The notes under the pieces: model-generated
Told to the model about the DNA's origin: nothing
Seen by the model: only the letters and a program-made list of their open reading frames with translations
Databases searched by the model: none
Program-made: the position numbers and the translations under genes
DNA from: Mytilus edulis
Lineage: Eukaryota
Direction of reading: 5' to 3'
DNA length: 64,000 nucleotides
Assembly: GCF_963676685.1 (NCBI RefSeq)
Contig: NC_092348.1
Location: forward strand, 64,852,001-64,916,000
Shown here: positions 35,616 through 47,217 of the stretch, piece by piece
Numbering within the stretch: the first letter of the stretch is position 1
How the letters are laid out: each line of letters begins with the position of its first letter

Positions 35616-38600
35616 ATGCATGTCGACAAATCCTCGGTAGGTGTTGTTTTTTTAAAATATCTTAACCGCTGCCTGTAAGTCGATTACAAGCTACTGTATA
35701 TGTTCATATCAAGCGATGTGGTATTCAATAAGGACCATCTAACAATAGTTATACTTTGCTTTTTCAGCAACTGTGTTTACTTTAATCATGTTTAGCAAAC
35801 AGTATTTGTTAATTTCATTGAATTACAAACTAAACAAAATAGTAAAGTTTCTTTCAGAGGCTAAAATAAGAAAACATACATAAATAAGGCCGTTAGTTTT
35901 CTCGTTAGAATTGATTTACTTTGTCATTTCGGGGCCTTTTTTATAGCTGACTATGCGGTATGGGCTTTGTTCATTTTTGAAAGCCGCATGGTGATCTATA
36001 GCTGTTAATTTCTGTGTCATTTGTCACCCCTATTTTTGACATTTTTACCTATTATGTCTGTTTGTTTTGTTCACGCATCGGTGACTATATAATGGAATTT
36101 GATGCGACTGTCATACAAGTGAGAGGTTTAGCTAGCTATAAAACCAGGTTCAATCCACCATTTTCTACATTTGAAAATGCCTGTACCAAGTCAGGAATAT
36201 GACAGTTCTTGTCCATTCGTTTTGATGCGTTTTGTTTTTTGATTTTGCTATGTGATTATGGACTTTCCAAATTGATTTTCCTCTGAGTTCAGTATTTTTG
36301 TGATTTTACTTTTTTGTACTCTTGTGGTGATTTGTCTCATTGGCAATCATACCACATCCTTTTTCTTTAAAAACTAATTACTAAGGCTTACCAAAAAAAA
36401 AAGTAAAATCACAAAAATACCGAACAAAAAATTAAATCGGAAAGTCCCTAATCACATGGCAAACTACCAAGTTCATCGACATTAAGACCAATACCGGTTC
36501 TCGATTTGTGTGATTGACGTCATTGAACAATCGGTTCTTACTGTGACTTAATACCATACGCATAGTCACAACGAAAATGTACGGGGAAGTGCACGAATTC
36601 GAAAGTTGTCTATCGGATATTGGCCTCTACTATTTATACTTTTATATCTATATATTTCAGTATCTTCAAAACGATTTTATAAATTATAAAACTTGATATA
36701 GTTTACTGGTTTTGTTCAGACAAAAGAAACTTTTAAATTGATATGGTGTTTTATTTCTCTTTTCGGATTTCAACTTCAAATTTTGAATTTATAATTTTGA
36801 AATTTCAAATTAAAATTTCATTCTGAATATCCAATTAAAACTTTTAATTCTGATTGACAAATGTCAAATTTAAAGTTTCAATTTTAAAATCAAATTTAAA
36901 CTTCCCTCTCTGAATTTTAAATTTCTAACCTTTTAAACGTCTTCTTCTGTTCCATGTTTACCTTATTTCTCACTCACTTACTTCCAGTTATAAATGTCAA
37001 TATCAAAAACTCGCAAATACTTTACTTGCTTTTGAAACAATTGAACACCAAATATCAACTGATCTACTTATATATGTATAAGCAAGTATAGTTCATTTTA
37101 CGGCCTCCAACAATGACTACAACCAATACCGTAAAGTGAGCTACAAAAAGACCTAAATGATGAAAGGTAAAACAATCCAAACAAGAAATCCATTGGCCTG
37201 ACTTAAATCATATTATGAAAGAAAGAAAAAATATAGACATACAACAATCAAACAATTGACAGATACCAAACAATTGACAGATACCAAACAATTGACAGAT
37301 ACAATACACTTGACAGATACCAAACAATTGAAAAATACCAAAAAATTGACAAATACCAAACAATTGACAGATACAATACACTTGACAGATACCAAACAAT
37401 TGACAGATACCAAACAATTGACAGATACCAAAGAATTAAAAAATACCAAACAATTGACAAATACCAAACACTTGACAAATACCAAACACTTGACAAATAC
37501 CAAACATATCATTTATTTAAATAGTATGGCTTATTATAAGTAACCAATATGCTATTATGTATACGTACATTGCATTATTGTTTCTTGATCGATTTTTCTA
37601 AAAGTTAATTGATAGAAAAGATTATTAAAATAAAAATGCATTTAAATTATAAACATGCATGAAGATGAGATCCCATCTTTATTAATTTGTTGTAGTTATT
37701 TTCTGTCTTCAGAAGACCGTCATAATATTTTAAAGCATTGCTAGATTTTGTTTTGCAGATCAGTCTGTTATTGTCTTTGTTCATAGCGAGTTTTCTTCAA
37801 AATGTAGAAGCAGATATTTTGAACAATCAAACAAATGGCACATATTACAAAACTGACTGTTTTGAGAGGGGGATTAATATAATATGTTTCAAACAATTTC
37901 TACAACCGGCAGTAGAGACACTGAATGATACAAGTTCCTCTAATTTCTTATCGGCATTATGGAGAAAGATCAACAGTGAAGCTGATACAGCTGCTAATTC
38001 CCGCCACAAAAGACAGGCGGTTGGTGTACCAATCAGGCGGGAAGTCAGAGCAGCTCCATACGAAACCAATTTCTTACGTTACGCACTAGCTGTACGGAGG
38101 TTAAAGAACCATTATGTAAGTACTATTGTAGTAATAATTTGATTACAGCGCAAGACCAAACATCCTCCATAGTTTCATGAAATTTTACTTCAAATTCCTA
38201 AATTTCAACAACTTTTTTTACACTATCTTTTAGATTTTTATGATTTATACGGTAAATGCATTTTACATGCGTTTACAAAGCTTTAAAGTTTCGTCTTTTC
38301 TATAAACCCTCGAGGGGCAAAATATACCAAAGTCGAATATGTTTTTAAATATCTATTTTTAAGTCCTTATAATAAATACACATTTATAATATGATGATGT
38401 TGTTAGCTTTGGGATCGTTTCAAATGTAAGATAGATTTACATAGTTTGTGTTAATATCAAAATGAAGTAAAAAGTAAAAGAAAGATGAGGAAAATATAAT
38501 TGTATTAAATAGAATGCGGTTTTGTTTTAGTTTTCATTAGAATGTAAGAAGATCGAAATAAAATAGAGAACACATTTTCATGAAATGATTTTTCTGAAGG

Positions 38601-41600
38601 TTAACTGAAATGAAGTCTGAAATTGGTTCATTGAATATTTTACAGGTGTATTAAATGTTGCAATGATAATGATAAACAATTCAAAAAGTAAAAATTAGCA
38701 ATATACCATAAAGCTTCAAAAAGAGGGACGAAAGATACCAGAAGGACCGTCAAACTCATAGATGGAAAATAAGTCAAACAGACAAATAATAGTACAGAAG
38801 ACACAACATAGAAAGCTAAAGAATAAGCAACCCCACTAAAAACTGGGGAGGGGGTGCCCTCAGGTGCTCCGGGAGGGAATGCAGATCTTGCTCCACTTCA
38901 ATATGTCACAAACACAAATAAATGTTTTTCATCTAATGAACAATTTATTGAATGTAGATGAAGGTCAATTATCTTGAACTTAAGGATGTACTTAGGTGAA
39001 ATTCAAAGAATCAAGAATTTAAAATTGATACTTGACGTTCGTTGGAAGAGCATTAGTTAAGAAACAAAATAAGCTAAACAAAAATAATAGGTCATGGATC
39101 TCCTTTTTGATATATTTTATTTTAAAAATATGGCGAGAAAAGACAGACTCGGACTTTTACCGTATATTTACACTGGCATTATTAGGGTCTCAAATAAAAA
39201 GAATAAAATTTAAGAATTTGATTAAATTTTGGAAAATGACCTTTTATAATGTTTATCCGCTATTAAATATTGCATGAAAAGATAAACGGGTGTTATGGGT
39301 CAAAACATTTTACATTGTATTATACGGAAAAAAAATTCCAAAATTCACAGTTCACAGAAAAACATCCTTGAGATGATCAATTCACTCTTTAAACATCAGA
39401 TAGAAGAAAACATTTTACCGGTAAAGAGTTACTTCATTCTACAAGGGGTTATATTAGGACACTCAACACTGCTAATTAAAGCAAATTGAGTATTCAGATC
39501 AAATAAAGCAATAACCGTTTATTTTATTCAATATTTTAGGGAGTTCGTTCTGATTTGAATACCTATGACATCCTTGCAAGCATTCATACAGGGAGTAACT
39601 CTGAACACGATGGACCTGGTTTTCTATCTTGGCATAGAATATACCTTTTATTGTAAGTAAACGTAAATAAAAATAAGCCGTTAAAGATATAGGGCGTCCA
39701 AAGAATTTTTCCGAGTAGTTAATGCCAGGGACCATTTACCAAAAGAAAAAGCCTTGAAATATAAAGACTTAAATAGCTAAATGAAACGAGGGGACGTAAA
39801 ATAGCAAAAACAATTCAGAGATAATTTGTGATAGTTACCATTTCAAGATAACTAACTCAAGATTATTGTTTTTACTTTACACATCCTTCTTTATAAATGT
39901 TAAGTCAAACAGTTGTACCGTTTGGTGATACCAAATCTTAATTGGTTACGGTCGTGTATGTGCTCACAGTATGATTTAACAAAGGTGTGCTCCTAACACA
40001 AGATGAAATCGACATTACAGTAGTTTTACGGTCACCACTACGACTTTTTTGAACTATACGATGCCTTCACTAGTTACAATCCCCTTCCCTTTCTCGAATG
40101 TGAACTACCGAATTAGACTATTTACCAGATTTGTTATAACATGAGCAACACGACGGGATCCACATGTGGAGCAGGATCTGCTTACCCTTCCGGAGCACCT
40201 CAGATCAACCCTAGTTTTTGGTGGGGTTCGTTGCTTATTCTTCAGTGTTTCTATGTTGTGTCATGTGTACAATTGTTTGTCTGTTTGTCTTTTTCATTTT
40301 TAGCCATGGTGTTGTCACTTTATTTTCGATTTATGAGTTTGACTGTCCCTCTGGTATCTTTCGACCCTCTTTTACATGTTTTTGTAATCTTAGATGCCAG
40401 GATAATCGCCCGATCTATAATATTGATTGTGTCCAACTCTTAATACTGTGGATTCATTATTATTCGTTGGATACTAATTTTCGTTGGTATCGTTGGTACT
40501 GGCGAACCACGAAATTAAGGCTTCATCGAATAAGAAATTTTCTAAAAGGTAATACTAGTATGCAGATTTTGGCAAAAGCACGAAATCAAATATCTACGAA
40601 CATGCAAGTTTGCCTCAACTCACGAACATTTGTACCCACGAAAATAAATTAATTCACAGTAGTAACATTTTAACTGAGTGAAAATTGACATGTATATCAA
40701 AACAAGTTGACTCTGTCGGCGCACTCGGAAGTCATTTGATTCTCTAAAGAATGTTTAGCTTATATATAACTGAATGGTGAGATTTGAACATATGTTATAT
40801 TTCATATATTCAAATGTGACGTAATTTTTAATGCCTTTTCACCATCGTCTGTGACGTCATTTTCATAATTTACTGCGTTGAGGCCTGGACTGAGTCAAGT
40901 GTGTCTATTCTATGTTGGTCTTTTTGCATTATGTATTCATGTTTGTTTTATGTAATGAGTTAATACTTCAGTTTCATTGTGTATATCTGTTATATTCATT
41001 TGATAAAATTTACTGTTTGCAATATCATTAATTGTTCTAAATAATAAGGATGTTCTTATCCCAAGCATAAAAACATAGCCGTATTTAACACAACCTTTTT
41101 CAACTTTTGATCTTCAGTGCTGTACAACTTTGTACTTTTTTTCGCTTTTGATCTTTTATATCTGGGCGTCACTGGTGAGTCTTGTGTGGACAAGGCTCGT
41201 TTTTGGCGTATTGAATTTTAAACCTGATGCTTTTTGTTATTCATTAATCATGTGTTTCTTTGTCTAATACGTTCACCTATTTATTTGTATTGTAGTCCTG
41301 TAATATTATGTTGTCATTTCAATGTTATATTTAACATTGCCATTAAAGTGCGAGGTTTGGCATGCCACAAAACCAGGTTCAACCCACCATTTTTTCCTTT
41401 AAAAATGTCCTGTACCAAGTCAGGAATATGGCCATTGTTATATTATAGTTCGTTTCTGTGTGTGTTACAATTTAATGTTGCGTCGTTTGTTTTCTATTAT
41501 TTTTGAGTGTAAATTGACATTGCGATAAGACGTGTCAAGGTACTTGTCTATCCAAAATTCTTGTATTTGGTTTTGATGTTATATTTGTTATTCTCGTGGG

Positions 41601-42867
41601 ATTTTGTCTGATGCTTGGTCCGTTTCTGTTTGTGTTACATTGTAGTGTTGTGTCGTTGTTCTCCTCTTATATTTATGCGTTTCCCTCAGTTTTAGTTTGT
41701 TACCCCGATTTTGTTTTTTGTCCATGGATTTATGAGTTTGAACAGCGGTATACTACTGTTGCCTTTATTTAAATAATGTTGCCTCTTAGTTCATAATTTT
41801 GTTATTTCGATTACTAGTAATTAATACATGTGTGCATTGTATTCACATTTATGTCAATACAGTTATTATGAAATTTTAGGAATAATTTATTAATTCCCTA
41901 CAAGTAATTAATACATGTGTGAATTTTATTCACATTTATGTTAGTATAGTTATTTTTAGATTTTAGGAATAAATTTCAATTCCCCTTAATCTTTAACAGG
42001 TTTGAGGCTGCATTACAAGCTGTTTTTGGACGAGGAGTGACAGCTCCGTATTGGGACTCCTCGCTGGATTTTGCCATGGGAAATAGACAATCAAAAACAA
42101 TTATATTTTCAAACAAATATTTTGGGACTCCAGTGATAGATACGATTACCGGAGGTTTCTTTGCAAACTTACCTGGAAGAACTATTACTCGTGCTATTAA
42201 TGGACGAGGAGGCTTAATTTCTAAAAATGCCATAGCTGCCGTTCTTTCCAGAACAAGTCATAGTCAGATTGTAAATCAGGATCAAGTCAGGTATTGCTGG
42301 GAATGTTACCATGACATAGTACATCGATGGGTAGGCGGAATCATGGAAACAGGGATCAGTGCTTCATTTGACCCAATATTCTGGTGTCATCATGCATTTG
42401 TTGACAAAATCTGGGAGCTATTTAGGCAGCGATTACAAAATGCCCCTGCAGATTATCCATTAGGTTATGAAAATCATGGTCCAAATGATCAAATGAATTT
42501 TAGCAATTACAGATATCGACCAAATCCGCCTATTACTAATCAGGAAGGTTTCAGTAATAGATATGCCCGTCTTAGAGAATATGATCCAGCGCCATCATGT
42601 CAAAACCAGTGTTCCAATAGTCCAGACCTATACTGCGACGCAACAAGAGATATATGTATCTCTCGAGAGGCGGTGACCTCAGTGGCTCAAGATGCAACAG
42701 CAGATGATATTGCGTCAGGTTGGTCAGATATAACAACAACTGTGATGGCGTTGAGGAAAGTTAAGCAAGAGGTATTAAAAGATATTCCACCTGGTTCACC
42801 TCTTAATTTGTTTAAGGTTAGGCATTTCGATCCGAATACTCGTCCTCTTTCTGCTTTTGATGTATAA
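35616..42867 (+). CDS. Tyrosinase-like gene T4, intact, 452 aa; exons 35616-35636, 37759-38115, 39540-39652, 42000-42867
   Basis: All introns are GT-AG; 21+357+113+868 = 1359 nt in frame. Signal-like MHVDKSS|ISLLLSLFIASFLQNVEA, then RHKR. CuA IHTGSNSEHDGPGFLSWHR; CuB YHDIVHRW...DPIFWCHH. AATAAA at 42979-42984. Confidence 0.9.
36023..36315 (+). mobile_element. SINE-like repeat family C (3' end ...ttcagtatttttgtgattttacttttt), nested inside a family B copy
   Basis: Family B sequence resumes after 36315. Other copies at ~9259-9476, 14960-15298, 23290-23610, 27416-27960(-), 45830-46190 and 47270-47770. Confidence 0.72.
36107..36206 (+). ncRNA. Twister ribozyme-like fold, P5-permuted (repeat family C), in T4 intron 1
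   Basis: P5 ACUGUCAUA/UAUGACAGU; GAGGU; CAA-UCC-ACC; P3 AUUUUC/GAAAAU; G-CCUG-UACCAAGU-CAGG. Both pseudoknots show compensatory changes relative to the 6857 copy. Confidence 0.68.
37249..37506. repeat. 18-bp minisatellite, about 14 units, in T4 intron 1
   Basis: Unit caaacaattgacagatac; it produces the periodic ORFs at 37208-37543. Confidence 0.9.
37759..38115 (+). CDS. T4 exon 2 (signal peptide, two-Cys pro-region, RHKR site)
   Basis: ttttgcag|ATC AGT CTG ... AAC CAT TAT|gtaagt; paralogous to 12024-12386 and 23646-24002. Confidence 0.88.
39540..39652 (+). CDS. T4 exon 3 (CuA His triad), missed by the ORF track
   Basis: atattttag|GGA GTT CGT TCT ... CTT TTA TT|gtaagt; 113 nt. Confidence 0.9.
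40444..40661. mobile_element. Second copy of the TA-flanked MITE
   Basis: tactgtggattcatt ... aattaattcacagta; alignable to 11695-11904. Confidence 0.7.
40957..41770 (+). mobile_element. Composite repeat: retrozyme-like body with dead hammerhead, then twister-like module, then tail ...aacagcggtatactactgttgcctttattt
   Basis: 40957-41240 aligns to 56887-57178; hammerhead relic at 41166-41209; twister fold at 41339-41432; the same tail occurs at ~2140-2392. Confidence 0.65.
41816..41973. repeat. Two-copy ~86-bp tandem duplication just upstream of the T4 last acceptor
   Basis: agtaattaatacatgtgtg...ttttaggaataa occurs twice. Confidence 0.75.
42000..42867 (+). CDS. T4 terminal exon (CuB site)
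   Basis: ctttaacag|G TTT GAG GCT GCA TTA; ORF runs to TAA at 42867. Confidence 0.9.
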
Positions 42868-43349
42868 TGCTGCTGCTGAGTTTATATTCAAAGAGTGGGA
42901 AATGTCGGGTACATGGGTAAATTGAATTACTATTAATGTTTCCATCCGCATATATTGTTTATGTTGCAATTATGAAGAAATAAAGTATTCTTTTAGTCCA
43001 ATGTTATGTTTCTGCTCTTTATGAATGACACAAAGGTGGAGTAAACACTGGAATTGAAGTTTTTAAAATTCTTTCAGTAGTAAACTATGTGTTAAAATGA
43101 TTTTTATTTCTATAAACAAAATTTTTGGCTACCTTTGTATTGTATGCTTTAGCTAAAAAAAATCTGTAAATGATCGACCAAATTCCCTTTTCAGAGACAA
43201 AGAGGATGGTGAATTTCTATCATCTCTAGACAATAAGTATGATATTGTCTTTGTATGTAAATCATACTACTACGAGTGTCTTGTAAAAAAAAAGAAATAA
43301 CTGAGCACTCAGGTAATCCTACATACAAAAACATAATTTGTCAAAAATG

Positions 43350-44460
43350 AGATAAGGCGAATCATAATAAACATTACAAATAACAGCAAATCGGAGGACT
43401 TATCTCTTTGCTTTGGATATCTAAGTGTCACAAAATTCCGTACAAACAACAGTACATTGCCGGCTTATCTACATTATCGACTTAAGAATCGTCAGATATA
43501 TTGACAAAGATCCTGTCCGCAATAAAAGAGGGTCTTCAGAAATATTGCGAAGCTATTTACTCGCGAAGTGGAATAAACCATATGTGGATTCTAAAAAAAA
43601 CTCTAAAGAATTTCTCGTTAATTTAATATCTCGATCCTTCTCTGAAATTAGTTCTATAAGAACTTGTATACCGCAATTTCCCATGTAAAATTGAAAAATC
43701 GTTTTAAAATTTTTTTTTGTTACATATTTATTTGTTTTCATAGTGATTTAGGTTATAGCAAAGTATTGACTGAAAACTCAAATTTTGACATTTTAACCTA
43801 TAATGTATGTTTGTTTTGTTCACACATCGTTGTCCATATAATGGACAAAAAAAACATATTTATTTGTTTCATGCGATTGCCATACAGTTGAGAGGTTTAG
43901 TTAGCTATAAAACCAAGTTAAATCCACTGTTTTTTCCTGAGCGTTCGGTATTTTTTTTTTTTTTTCATTATACAAATAGTAGCATACGCTATATATTTAT
44001 TATTTTTGAATACTTTGTTAACAGTGAACAAAAAAGTAAATGTGTTAGACAGTCAAGCAGGTGATTAATATGTTGAAATTTCTTATTTACAACATATTTT
44101 GTTGAATTTGGAGGTAGAGTTTTTCAAAACAAGGACGGCATTCCTATTGGAACGAATGTCACTTCTTCTTGCCGACCTCTCCTTAATTCATATGATTTGG
44201 AGTTCCTTCAGACACTTCTTGAAAAAAAAACCCCAAAGAAGTCAGACAATTTATCTTTACTTAACATTCAAATATATTGATTATGTTGTTTCCATATACA
44301 ATCCAAACTTTTCTGATTGGGTTCTATTAATATAACATCCAGAACAAGAAATTAAAAAAAACATTCGACACTACTCAGACTTTGCAAAATGTCATCAGTG
44401 TCTAAGCAGAAAGTTGAAGAACCAGGGAAATGTCAATCTTGATAATGTGTTATACTTTTA
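43350..44460 (+). mobile_element. Decayed Penelope-like RT fragment interrupted by a family C piece
   Basis: Reads KILSAIKEGLQKYCEAIYSRSGINHMWILK near 43505-43600 and IFVEFGGRVFQ...GIPIGTN...LADL...FKYIDYV near 44095-44290. Confidence 0.7.
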
Positions 44461-45378
44461 TTTGTCTAGTCTTTGTAAATTATTTACTTTGTAAATTTAT
44501 AGTTTAGCATATTTTTTAAAATATCTATTTCACGTGACTCGTTTCTTACACATCCCATCAATGTGTTATTGACCGATTGTAAATTTTTGTATTCTTGTCT
44601 TTCGTTTTTGCTAATGTACTTTGTTTTCATGCATTTTTGTTTGTCTGAATTGATACATTTGCCTGATTTGTAGTGATTAGGATTATAACACAAAGTTGAC
44701 TGCTTTATCCCAATTTTAAAATTTGAACCTATTATTTCTGTCTGTTTTGTTCGAACATAGTTGATAGTTTAATGGAATTGTATTTTGCAATTACGCAAAC
44801 ATATCGTATAATCGTCAATTTTTTTTCTCTCTCTGTCTGTTAAGATTTAACAAATATGCTGCTCATTAAATGTTGTGTTTTGAAGCCGAAGTTTACCGAT
44901 TGTCACCTTATAGTCAACAATCAACAAAAAGCATGGGTATTGAGCATGTGTTCAATATGTACAATCTGATAATTGTTTATTTAAATGACAGATCCATGCG
45001 TAATGAGATCACCGAATTTTTACGAGGAGGGTCACGATAAGGTCACTATGCATACGGAAAATATGTCGGCGAATTGCTTGCTGGAAGCAAGAAATTAGAA
45101 AAAGTAAACTTCTTTTAAATGTGGACAAATTAAAGAATTTTTTTTTCAGAAAAAACTATATGTACATAAGTTATATAATGAAAACTATCCAATTAGTTAT
45201 AAAAAAACATATGCATATTTTTTTTTTAATTTGAGGTTTCATATGACTTTTAGCCTAATATAATATAAAATCATCTTTATACAAATAGTCAAATTCAAAG
45301 TAAATGCATCCATGGAATCTTTATATCCTTAGATATACAGACACTTTACAAAAATTCTTGTTATTGCAAAGATAACTT

Positions 45379-45656
45379 GACGTTTATAATGACAAAAATA
45401 TTTAAAACTTCGCTTGAAGTTGAATTACTATCTAGACTTAATTTGTTTTAGACTTGCGTGAACATAATATTTGCATTTGTGTATTCGATTGATTTGAACA
45501 ACCGCATTTTGAGAGATAAATAAGCCTAAATCATATTTTAATTATTTATCTTACTGGTATGTGTGCTTAATATGCTGTCAATTCTAAAATAGCCTATAAC
45601 AAACTAAATTCGTATGCTTTGCAGCATACAATATAAAAATGGAAGCGGGTGATTGA
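45379..45656. repeat. ~280-bp dispersed duplicate of 59440-59717
   Basis: Near-colinear match from gacgt(t/a)tataatgacaaaaatatttaaaacttcgc to ggaagcgg(g/a)tgattg. Confidence 0.8.
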
Positions 45657-46199
45657 CATTCAATATTTACAATATCCTTATAAAATAATTGTTCACGATG
45701 TCAATCTTTTTTATTATTATATGTGTACAACTTAAAACTTTCTCATTGTCATAGGCAAAATGAAATTGTTCATCGCCTAAAATCTGAAAGACTACACATC
45801 AGGATATACAAAGTTTGTAATCTTGTCCCTCGTATTTTGCTACTGTTCTTCGTTCATATGCCTCATTGTTCTTCATTGTTGACATATTTATTTGTTTTCA
45901 TTGCGATTACGATTATAACACAATGTTGACTGTTTTATCCCCATTTCGTCATTTCTACCTTTTATGTCAGTTTGATTTGTACTCATTGTTGTCAATATAA
46001 TGGCAATTTATGTGACTGTCATACATGTGAGAGGATCAACTAGCTATATAACAGGTATAATCCACCATTTATAACATAAAAAAATGCCTGTACTAATTCA
46101 GGAATATGACAGTTGTAATCCATTCGTGTGATGTATTTGAACTTTTAAATTTGCCATATCCTTATGGAATTTTTCGTTTAGAATTTGTTTTATTTTGCT

Positions 46200-47030
46200 C
46201 TCTACAAACCATGCCTCTTTTGCGGAAATAAAAAATATTTATCGATAGTTTGTCCTGTTTATATACTGTTCATGTGAAATTGAAAAATTGTTTAAAAGAA
46301 ATAATCGACAATGCTTTTCAATATAAATATGGTAACATACGCTATAGTGAACAAATAGTAAAACATGCTACATAGAGAAGCATTATCAGTATGCCCTAAT
46401 TTCGTATTGACCATTTATGTTGAATTTGGGGGAAGACCTTTTCAACAAGTTGTCAGTACTACTATGAGATCAAACTGTACGCATCTACTTGCCGACTTCT
46501 TTTCATTTTTATATGAGTCAGATTTCCTTCAGACTGTTGTCATAAACAAAATCAAAGAAACCAGATAATTTTAAATTGAACATTCAAATATATTGAAGAT
46601 GTTCTTTCCATAATAGTCCAAAATTTTCTAATTGGGTTCCATTAATATATCCCCCAAAACTAAAATTAAAGAAACAACAAACATGGCTTCTTCTGTCTTA
46701 TTTTTAGACTAATACCTCAAATTTGACATAAGCTGTCATCTTAGTACCAGAATCTATGAGAAATGAGACGATTCTAATTTTGAAATTATCAATTTTCCCT
46801 TCCTTAGTAGCAATAAATATACTAACTTTATCTGCATAAGGAATATACATTTTCCAACGGATTTCGAATTTAAAACGTCACTAGTGTCTGATCAGATAGT
46901 TGAAGATCCAGGAGTATGTCAAAGAACGTCTCGTCTTTTTTTTCTTAAAGAGTTAATCGGAAGGTACTAAGACCCTGTTGATAAATATTTCGTATCAACT
47001 TCATAAATGATAAACATTAATCTTGAATAT
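46200..47030 (+). mobile_element. Decayed Penelope-like RT fragment
   Basis: IYVEFGGRPFQQVV...NCTHLLADFFSFLYESDFLQ, FKYIEDVLS (YIDD-like), and IYEK*DDSNFEIINFPFLSSN. Confidence 0.72.
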
Positions 47031-47175
47031 AATTAAAAGGTGTGGTATGATTGCAAAAAGACCATATGAAAAATAAATTAACAACTATAGGTCACCGTAC
47101 GGCCTCCAACAATGAGCAAAGCCCACACCGCATAGTCAGCTATAGTTATCAAAGGTACCAGGATTATAATTTAGT

Positions 47176-47217
47176 ACGCCAGACGCGTTTCGTCTACACA
47201 AGACTCATCAGTGACGC
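47176..47217 (-). ncRNA. Minimal type-I hammerhead ribozyme within a 5'-truncated retrozyme insertion
   Basis: Minus strand: GCGUCA-CUGAUGA-GUCU ugugu AGAC-GAAA-C gc GUC^-UGGCGU; stem I pairs over 6 bp. Confidence 0.8.

Noticed and set aside
37208-37543. Four overlapping periodic ORFs (LTDTKQ etc.)
   Set aside because: By-product of an 18-bp tandem repeat inside T4 intron 1; no splice or start context.
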